Source: Octopus sinensis
Lineage: Eukaryota
DNA length: 11,066 nucleotides
Direction: 5' to 3'
Assembly: GCF_006345805.1 (NCBI RefSeq)
Contig: NW_021827171.1
Location: 1-11,066, forward strand
Of the stretch, positions 1 to 6,595 are shown piece by piece. Made by a program: the position numbers and the translations under genes. Positions within the stretch are counted from its first letter, which is position 1. Each line of letters starts with the position of its first letter. The notes below the pieces were generated by a model, which saw only the letters and a program-made list of their open reading frames with translations, was not told where the DNA came from and made no database searches.

Positions 1-322
1 TTCTCACCCATTAGGGAGCAATGCAGCTGTAATCCGAAACAATCGTCGTAATAAATAAAGCTTACAGTACACTCTGACTTCTATATTAATCATTGAAAAT
101 ATACTAAACGTGTACCGAGGAATTACTTATGTATATCCTATGACTAAAGTGCAGGAATCAGTGGTTATTACCACTGTCTACAATTTTGTTCCAAATGTTT
201 TCAAATTTGGTATATGAATTAAGTTTTGTATACAAATTATGAAAATGAAATAATTCATTTTTCCTATAAATCCTTAATTAAAAATTTATTAGCCTTTAAA
301 ATTTGCAAATCTTGGATATTTT

Positions 323-405
323 AGCCAATCAGAAGCGAGTATTTTACTCGTCACCGTGGCGGAAACTCTGTTTCCATAGTAACCAAAGGATGCTGCGCGT
401 GCGCA
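323..405. promoter_or_regulatory. Cluster of candidate TF motifs: CCAAT/NF-Y (323-332), RFX X-box (370-383), NRF1-type (394-405)
   Basis: AGCCAATCAG at 323-332. GTTTCCATAGTAAC at 370-383 fits GTHNYY-AT-RRNAAC. TGCGCGTGCGCA at 394-405 has reverse complement TGCGCACGCGCA, which fits YGCGCAYGCGCR. The patch is locally CpG-rich within AT-rich DNA. Function is not shown and it may be repeat-borne. Confidence 0.35.
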
Positions 406-479
406 CTAGGAGAAGAAGGAGATACGAGAAAGACAATGTTCTACTATAATAACACACTTGTGTTTTTCTCCATCACAAC

Positions 480-581
480 ATATGAATGAGAAAGGAAGAG
501 TGAAAGATGAATTAGGAAGGGAGGGTGATAGATGAATAAGGAAGGAAGGGGTGACAGATGAATAAGGAAGGAAGAGGTGAA
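480..581. repeat. Purine-rich minisatellite, ~4 copies of a 25-26 bp unit
   Basis: Units agatgaattaggaagggagggtgat (505-529), agatgaataaggaaggaaggggtgac (530-555) and agatgaataaggaaggaagaggtgaa (556-581), plus a degenerate copy at 480-504. Confidence 0.85.
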
Positions 582-610
582 GGCAAACCGGTAGTGGGAA
601 CGTTTCAAGT

Positions 611-665
611 ATGTGTGTGTGTATGTAAAAAGAAGGTGTGTGAATGTTTGTGTGTGTGTGTGTAT
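611..665. repeat. Imperfect (TG)n microsatellite
   Basis: Read directly from the sequence. Confidence 0.85.
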
Positions 666-727
666 GACAATGTGCAATGGAAGTGGGATGGTGAATTTCT
701 TTAATCAATAAATATCTGTTTTAAACA

Positions 728-863
728 ATGTTTTCACTGTTATTTCTAGCAACTCCTTTTGGTTTGTTTCTTCGTAGCTTTTAAATATTTAATTTACTCA
801 CGAACGTTTTAATGTTAACTTTATTCGTGTAGATTTTGATGTTTTGACTGTTATTTCTAGCAA
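728..863. repeat. 25-bp direct repeat pair, 111 bp apart
   Basis: atgttttcactgttatttctagcaa (728-752) versus atgttttgactgttatttctagcaa (839-863); one mismatch. Confidence 0.85.
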
Positions 864-1224
864 TGATTTGACATTGCCGGTGCCTTCCCCTCCCCATTAA
901 TGGTAGAAGAGGCAGCGAACGCGCTGTTTTCTAATTAGCTGAATATTCTGAAAATCATCAGATTTTGAACACCTGTAACATTTTTATAAAATGTTTATGG
1001 TATAAATGAATAACAAATTCGGTTTCTGCGTCAAGAATTACATCTATATGATAGATTAAAATTTTTTCTGAAAGATAATTGTAAACAGTGACGAAAACAA
1101 AGAAGATCCAAGTGCAGTACTGAAAGTGATGTCTGGTATTCGCACGTGGTGAATGTACTCTCGAGGCACACTACTAGCGACATGCACAAAACAAGGTTTG
1201 GATACTACATTTTAAAGTCTCCTA

Positions 1225-1455
1225 TACTATTTACTATTTTTACTATTTTACTTGTTTCAGTCCTTTGACTGCGGCCATGCTGGAGCACCGCCTTTAGTCG
1301 AGCAAATCGATCCCACGACTTATTCTTTGTAAGCCTAGTACTTATTCTATCGGTCGCTTTTGCCGAACCGCTAAGTTACGGTGACACAAACACACTAGCA
1401 TCGGTTGTCAAGCGATCTTGGTGGGGACAAACACAGGCATACAAACATACACACA

Positions 1456-1486
<31 letters not shown>

Positions 1487-1728
1487 CGATGAGCTTCTTT
1501 CAGTTTCCGTCTACCAAATCCACTCACAAGGCTTTGGTCGACCCGAGGCTATAGTATAGAAGATGCCACGCAGTGAGACTGAACTCGGAACCATGCGGTT
1601 CGTAAAAAAAAATACTTTATTTCATGAAAGATTCGCCATTAAGGCGTTACATAGAGGGGACATACAAATACAGACAAACATATAGGGTGTAGTAGCTTAA
1701 AACGTACCAACACAGCCACTCCTACGCC
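1225..1728 (-). mobile_element. tRNA-derived SINE, family 1, near full length, with an internal microsatellite and an interrupted head
   Basis: On the minus strand: head ggcgtaggagtggctgtg (1728-1711); B-box-like ggttccgagttcagtc (~1592-1577); a body that matches the copy at 2410-2562 in inverted orientation; internal (TA)/(TG) tract 1443-1486; 3' end actgaaacaag followed by short taaaatag-type repeats. The tail is RTE-like by recall, not by search. Confidence 0.9.
1604..1705 (-). mobile_element. ~100 bp insertion splitting the SINE tRNA head; possible 5'-truncated retroelement 3' end
   Basis: Absent from the homologous head at 2410-2460. It contains a cgcc-N5-ggcg hairpin (1634-1646) and a minus-strand AATAAA (1621-1616). 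Boundaries are approximate. Confidence 0.5.
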
Positions 1729-1756
1729 TATCTAAATTTTAATTTTAAATATAACC

Positions 1757-1832
<76 letters not shown>

Positions 1833-1871
1833 CCAAATTGTACGTACGCCCGCCATATATATATATATATA
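1757..1871. repeat. Compound (TA)n(GA)n microsatellite plus a second (TA)n
   Basis: (TA)n ~1757-1797, (GA)n ~1797-1832, (TA)n ~1855-1871. Confidence 0.95.
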
Positions 1872-2375
1872 ATACAAATGGGACAAGAACGCAAAACATC
1901 CAGTGATACAAAAATGGGACAACAAAACATCCAGATAGACGATACAAAGAAAAGAAGGACGGGTCATTCGAATTTTTCTTTCCTCAGTCGAGTACCAGAT
2001 TATATTCGCAATTTCGACTGATTATACTCGAGATTGCTCCAATCTGGCCAGCCCCAAGGAAAAACTAAGCTAAGGGCATTATATTCCTTGGAAGAAGGCG
2101 GCGAATGTATACAAAAACAAGGCCGGAAAAAAACGGACAATGTTACACAAATACAATAAAAATAATAACAGGACATAACAACAGGTGTCTTTCGACTAAG
2201 GACGAATTAAATTAAGCTGGCGTGTGTGGAAATGAAGCTTTACAGCAGGGATGCAAGATTTCACAGGCACAGGGAAGAATATCGATGCTGTAAGGACAAC
2301 GGCCAGACCAAGAAAGAAAGATCAGGCTTGGCCGAACACCGGTCACGTGGGAAGAGAAGAGAGAGAGGTAGAGGC
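1872..2375. repeat. Probable interspersed repeat of unresolved class, with internal direct and inverted repeats
   Basis: Higher GC/CpG block between microsatellites. Direct repeats atacaaa(aa)tgggacaa..caaaacatccag at 1872-1903 and 1906-1934; nested inverted repeats at 1981-2047. It resembles an abundant octopus repeat from memory; class not determined. Confidence 0.45.
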
Positions 2376-2409
2376 ATGTGTGTGTATATGTATTCATATA
2401 TATGTAGCA

Positions 2410-2595
2410 GGCGCAAGTGTGACTGAGTGGTAAGTAGCGTGTTTGCCAACCACGTGGTCCCACTGCGTGGTACCTTGAGCAAGTGTCTTCTACTATAGCC
2501 TCGGGCCGACCAAAGCCTTGTGAGGGGATTTGGTAGACGGAAACTGAAAGAAGCCCGTCGTATGTAAATATAAATATAAATATATATATATATAT
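2410..2595 (+). mobile_element. tRNA-derived SINE, family 1, 5' half only (B box deleted; ends in the TA tract)
   Basis: ggcgcaagtgtgactgagtggtaagtag head. Body ...ccttgagcaagtgtcttctactatagcctcggg...gaaagaagcccgtcgta matches the reverse complement of 1485-1600. The ccttgagcaagt segment resembles the start of the CORE domain (recall). Confidence 0.9.
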
Positions 2596-2769
2596 TTCAT
2601 TGTACTCTTCCCTTGATGAAAAATCCACGACGTTTGAACTTGTTTGAACTTTGTTAAAACGGTGTAAAACAATGTAATCTTCTTTTCAGGGAAATGAAGA
2701 AATGAAACTCGTCAATAAGACATTTTAACAGAAAATGATGGATATGTATAGTGATTAACTAAATGCTAT

Positions 2770-3010
2770 TGTCAGTTTTTTTTTTACTCTATTTTTTCCT
2801 AATCCGCACGTTGTTACTTTGCCTCTCTTTCTTTCCCTTTCTTTTTCCTTTCTTTTTTGTATTCTCTTTTTCTCTCCGTTTCTTCTTTTACTCTTTTTCT
2901 TCTCCTCCTGCCTTTCGAATTTTTTTCTCGTTGCACCTTTTGAATCTTTTAAACTTTTTATACTCCGTATGTCATTACTTTCTCTCTCCTCTTTTTGTTT
3001 CTCCTTTTTC
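2770..3010. repeat. Pyrimidine-rich (T/C) low-complexity tract
   Basis: Nearly all T and C; it produces the F/S/L-rich spurious ORFs. Confidence 0.85.
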
Positions 3011-3014
3011 AGTT

Positions 3015-3412
3015 ATGCCCCAGGAATGGCTCTGAGACAATTTCTGCGACCACATCACCCCTAGCATCTGGCCACCTAACTCCCCAGACTGCAACTCCCC
3101 TGATTATTATGTGTGGGGCACAGTTGAGTGAGAGACCAACAAAACTCTTTGTAACACCAAAGATAAACTGAAGGCAAAGATCATGGCAGCGCAGCATTCA
3201 CCAACTTAAACAAAGAGACCATTCAGAACTCTTGCAGGAGATTCCAAATTCGTCTGGAGGCTGTGATTGAAGCCAATGGCAATTCTATTGAATAAATTTA
3301 CTCTTTCAAAGATATTTTTATGTAATTTTGGTAAATATATCTGTTAAAATGACATGTCGGTGTTATTTTGATTTTTGCGTGATTTAGATGACAATTTATT
3401 CACCGCACCCTA
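3015..3412 (+). mobile_element. Decayed Tc1/mariner-superfamily transposon 3' end (DD37D/maT-like transposase remnant plus right TIR)
   Basis: Frame from 3021 reads QEWL*DNFCDHITPSIWPPNSPDCNSPDYYVWGTVE*ETNKTLCNTKDKLKAKIMAA. After a 5-bp gcagc duplication (frameshift) it reads FTNLNKETIQNSCRRFQIRLEAVIEANGNSIE* (stop 3293-3295). WPPNSPD-N--DY matches the third-catalytic-residue motif ending in D. The terminus ...aatttattcaccgcaccc abuts TA at 3411. Confidence 0.88.
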
Positions 3413-3470
3413 TATATATGAGTGTGTATGTATAGGCATACATATACACACACACACACACATACATATA
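3411..3470. repeat. Mixed (TA)/(TG)/(CA) microsatellite
   Basis: Read directly from the sequence. Confidence 0.85.
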
Positions 3471-3605
3471 TTTTAATGTTTAATTTTGCAATATAATAAG
3501 TTATCGTTTAAATAATTAAAAAATACGTAATGCTACATGTTTATTAAACTTTTACGAGTGTTGATACTACTGTCGAAGTTTTAATCCACCATCCTTCATC
3601 ATAAA

Positions 3606-3635
3606 TGTGTGTGTGTGTGTGTGCGTTTGTGTGTG

Positions 3636-3676
<41 letters not shown>

Positions 3677-3695
3677 TGTGTGTGTGCGCGTGTGT
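3606..3695. repeat. (TG)n microsatellite
   Basis: About 45 imperfect TG units. Confidence 0.95.
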
Positions 3696-3777
3696 TTCAT
3701 TTTTACCCTATTTACATATATTGAGAGGAAGCTATTTTGTTTCCTTCTTTTGAATCATCTTTTGTTGTTCGTCTTCC

Positions 3778-3815
3778 GTTGTTGTTGTTGTTGTTGTTGT
3801 CATTGTTTGTTTGTT
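3778..3815. repeat. (GTT)n/(GTTT)n tract, the 3' tail side of the family-2 SINE
   Basis: Reads (CAAA)n(CAA)n on the minus strand directly after the SINE body. Confidence 0.9.
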
Positions 3816-4591
3816 GAGCGAAGCGGTGTTCGTTCCTAATGGGAGAAGTCCGACGAACGTGGTCCTTTGCTATTCGTAAGACCCGCAGAAGAGAAAGCAG
3901 GTCAACCTCCGACACCGAGAGCATCGACGGATGGACGAATGCGCATCCAGGCTCAGCGGTTGCGTAGGAAGTCGGGGACAAGAAACAGGAAGAAAGAGTG
4001 AGAGAAAGTTGGAGCGAAAGAGTACAACAGGGGTCGCCACCACCCCCCTACCGCAGCCTCGTGGAGCTTTAGGCGTTTTCGCTCAATAAACTGGGAATCG
4101 AAAGAGTGAGAGAAAGTTGGAGCGAAAGAGTACAACAGGGGTCGCCACCACCCCCCTACCGCAGCCTCGTGGAGCTTTAGGCGTTTTCGCTCAATAAACC
4201 GGGAATCGAAAGAGTGAGAGAAAGTTGGAGCGAAAGAGTACAACAGGGGTCGCCACCACCCCCCTACCGCAGCCTCGTGGAGCTTTAGGCGTTTTCGCTC
4301 AATAAACCGGGAATCGAAAGAGTGAGAGAAAGTTGGAGCGAAAGAGTACAACAGGGGTCGCCACCACCCCCCTACCGCAGCCTCGTGGAGCTTTAGGCGT
4401 TTTCGCTCAATAAACCGGGAATCGAAAGAGTGAGAGAAAGTTGGAGCGAAAGAGTACAACAGGGGTCGCCACCACCCCCCTACCGCAGCCTCGTGGAGCT
4501 TTAGGCGTTTTAGCTCAATAAACTGGGAATCGAAACCGCAATCCTTCGACCGCGAGTCCGCTGCCCTAACCACTGGGCCATTGCGCCTCCA
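3816..4591 (-). mobile_element. tRNA(Arg)-like SINE, family 2, with an internal 5x108-bp tandem expansion
   Basis: Minus-strand head tggaggcgcaatggcccagtggttagggcagcggactcgcggtcgaaggattgcggtttcgattcc. A box TGGCCCAGTGG (4580-4570) is a perfect match; B box TTTCGATTC (4535-4527) has one mismatch. The head resembles tRNA-Arg, as in the octopus OR-type SINEs (recall). It ends in a (CAA)n tail. Confidence 0.88.
3992..4535. repeat. Tandem array of five 108-bp units
   Basis: Units start at 3992, 4100, 4208, 4316 and 4424. Only two variable sites were seen: T/C/C/C/T at 4092/4200/4308/4416/4524, and A at 4512 versus C in the other units. Confidence 0.97.
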
Positions 4592-4592
4592 C

Positions 4593-4654
4593 TGTTGTTG
4601 TTGTTGTGTTGTTGTTGTTGTTGTTGTGTTGTTGTTGTTGTTGTTGTTGTTGTT
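4593..4654. repeat. (GTT)n microsatellite at the 5' side of the family-2 SINE
   Basis: About 20 GTT units with two single-base interruptions. Confidence 0.95.
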
Positions 4655-5101
4655 ACCGTTTTTTGTTGTTTAGCTCAGAGTGATGATGGATTAATTATAC
4701 TAGTATCCGAAGGCAATCAAGCCGAATATATAATTATGTCTTTTTCTTTTCTTTTTTTTTTTTGAGGGAGGGAGATAAAGTGCTTGTTGAACACACAATA
4801 TTTTCTGCTATTGCTTTTCGTTTTCAAATCACTAAGGTTTTATCTGAAGGAGGTTTAGTTGCTATTTCTAAAAGGTCTGGTGAACACATTAGATTCCTTC
4901 CTGCCTTAGCTCGAAAAGAGATAGATGTTGATCAGTTCTATGTGAATCAGTCCTAGTTGGGTAAAACTACATTCAAATCCTTTACAGCCGTGACCATCAC
5001 GTCATTTTCATTAAGATACGTTACAAGATATCATCCTGTGTGTCTCCATTTTCTTTAGGATGGCCGTGTGTGATCCGAGCGAAATTCAGTAACTATTTTT
5101 A

Positions 5102-5332
5102 GTCAGTAAGCCGGCAGAATCATTAGCACGCCGGGCGAAATGCCTAGCGGTGTTTCGTCTACCGTTACGTTCTGAGTTCAAATTCCGCTGAGGTCGTCTT
5201 TGCCTTTCATCCTTTCGGGGTCGATTAATTAAGTACCAGTTACCCACTGGGGTCGATATAATCGACTTAATCCGTTTGTCTATCCTTGCTTGTCCTCTCT
5301 GTGTTTAGCCCCTTGTGGGTAGTAAAGAAATA
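5102..5332 (+). mobile_element. tRNA-derived SINE, family 3, copy A (full length)
   Basis: Aligns along its length with the copy at 6355-6595: gccggcagaa head, gagttcaaattcc B-box-like motif, ctttcatcctttcggggtcgat..aagtaccag core, tail ending gtaaagaaata. Confidence 0.93.
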
Positions 5333-5516
5333 GGTATTTCGTCTGCCGATACGTTCTGAGTTCAAATTCTGCCGAGGTCGACTTTGCCTTTCACCCTTTG
5401 AAGGTCGATTAAATAAGTACCAGTCACGCACTAGGGTCGATGTAATCGACTGAAACCCTTTGTCTGTCCTTGTTTGTCGCCTTTATGTTTAGCCTCCTGT
5501 GGGCAATAAAGAAATA
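5333..5516 (+). mobile_element. SINE family 3, copy B (5'-truncated, fused head-to-tail to copy A)
   Basis: Starts at ggtatttcgtctgcc immediately after the tail of A. It lacks the A-box region and has the same core and tail. Confidence 0.93.
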
Positions 5517-5520
5517 TATA

Positions 5521-5711
5521 TATTGGTTTCAAATTTTGGCATAAGGTCAGCAAGTTCGGGAGAGTATAAATCGATTACATCGACCCCAGGGCTCAACTGG
5601 TACTTATCTGATCAACACCGAATTAATGAAGGCAAAGCCGACCTTGGCGAAATTTGATCTCAGAATGTAAAGACTGATGAAATGTCACCTAACATCTGCA
5701 AGCTCGTTGCC
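5521..5711 (-). mobile_element. SINE family 3, copy C (diverged, alternative 3' tail)
   Basis: Reverse complement reads ggcaacgagcttgcag...ttctgagatcaaatttcgccaaggtcggctttgcc...aagtaccagttgagccctggggtcgatgtaatcga, then tail ...ccttatgccaaaatttgaaaccaata. Confidence 0.85.
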
Positions 5712-5937
5712 TTGTCGGATACCTATATTGATAGCTCTTTGTTGGTTCATACTTCGTCATTTCGTTGCAGTTATTACTTTTGTTATTAGCGCTTGCCTCA
5801 CTGGTCTATGGCGGACGACATTCCAGGTGGCCATCACCTTTTTTAAGCATTGTTCATCATGGAATATTTCTTCTAATATGTGCCGCCTCTTTTGTGAGGA
5901 AAGTCGGGTGATCTGAGAGAAATTTGGCTGTTAAGTA

Positions 5938-6142
5938 TAATGCTTTCTTACTTTAGTTTAGGGCCCGAAATTTTTGAGGGGAGGGGTTGATTCGATTACA
6001 TCGATCCCAATATTCAACTGGTACTTGCAAGGATGAAAGGCAAAACTGATCTCGGTAACAATTGAACTCAGAACGTAAAGAACAGCAAAAAGAGGCGCTA
6101 AGCATTTGGCCAGATGCGCAAATGACTCTACCAGGTCTCTGC
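5938..6142 (-). mobile_element. SINE family 3, copy D (diverged, third tail type)
   Basis: Reverse complement contains caaatgcttagcg, acgttctgagttcaa, ttttgcctttcatcc, aagtaccagttg and gatcgatgtaatcga, then tail acccctcccctcaaaaatttcgggccc...gaaagcatta. Confidence 0.82.
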
Positions 6143-6354
6143 ATTTAGTCTACTAAATACACCATGTATTATGTTTTCTTTTGGAAACACCGTTATACAG
6201 TTGATACAAATAGTAGGATTATTCTAATTCGTTGTTCTTTTATTTCATCTATGTTAAAACGACGATGACTACGACCGATATTATAGAAATTTAACATTTT
6301 GATAAAGGTGAGAAGCGGAAGTTCGAATTGTATCGGATAATATACCGAATTTAA

Positions 6355-6595
6355 GGCGGCGAGCCAGCAGAAACGTTAGCACGCCGGGCGAAATGCTTAG
6401 CGGTATTTCGTCTGCCGTTACGTTCTGAGTTCAAATTCCGCCGAGGTCGACTTTGCCTTTCATCCTTTCGGGGTCGATAAATTAAGTACCAGTTACACAC
6501 TGGGGTCGATGTAATCGACTTAATCCGTTTGTCTCTCCTTGTTTGTCCCCTCTGTGTTTATCCCCTTGTGGGTAGTTAAAAATATTAAAAAATAA
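6355..6595 (+). mobile_element. SINE family 3, copy E (full length, with probable target-site duplication)
   Basis: ggcggcgagccagcagaaacgttagcacgccgggcg head and A-rich end. Flanked by aatataccgaattt (6339-6352) and aatataccagaattt (6596-6610). Confidence 0.95.

Noticed and set aside
1681-1689. tatagggtg matching the Tc1 right terminus (caccctata, 3406-3414) as a possible left TIR
   Set aside because: The match is only 9 bp with no further similarity.
2676-2750. Splice-acceptor-like tcttcttttcag (ending 2688) followed by a possible exon
   Set aside because: All three frames hit a stop within 13 codons and the donor is weak. A terminal or non-coding exon cannot be excluded, but nothing supports one.
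3992-4535. CRISPR-like array
   Set aside because: The units are wholly identical with no unique spacers, there are no cas genes, and the context is eukaryotic.
3953-4573. 206-aa minus-strand ORF with 36-aa repeats
   Set aside because: It starts at GTG inside the SINE tRNA head and stays open only because the stop-free 108-bp unit is a multiple of 3. It has no recognisable domain.
4520-4591. Possible tRNA-Arg gene
   Set aside because: There is no closing acceptor stem and the sequence continues into a SINE body and tail, so it is a SINE head.
5675-5700. CTGATGA hammerhead-like motif
   Set aside because: It is a mutated part of SINE copy C and has no helix II or GAAA partner.
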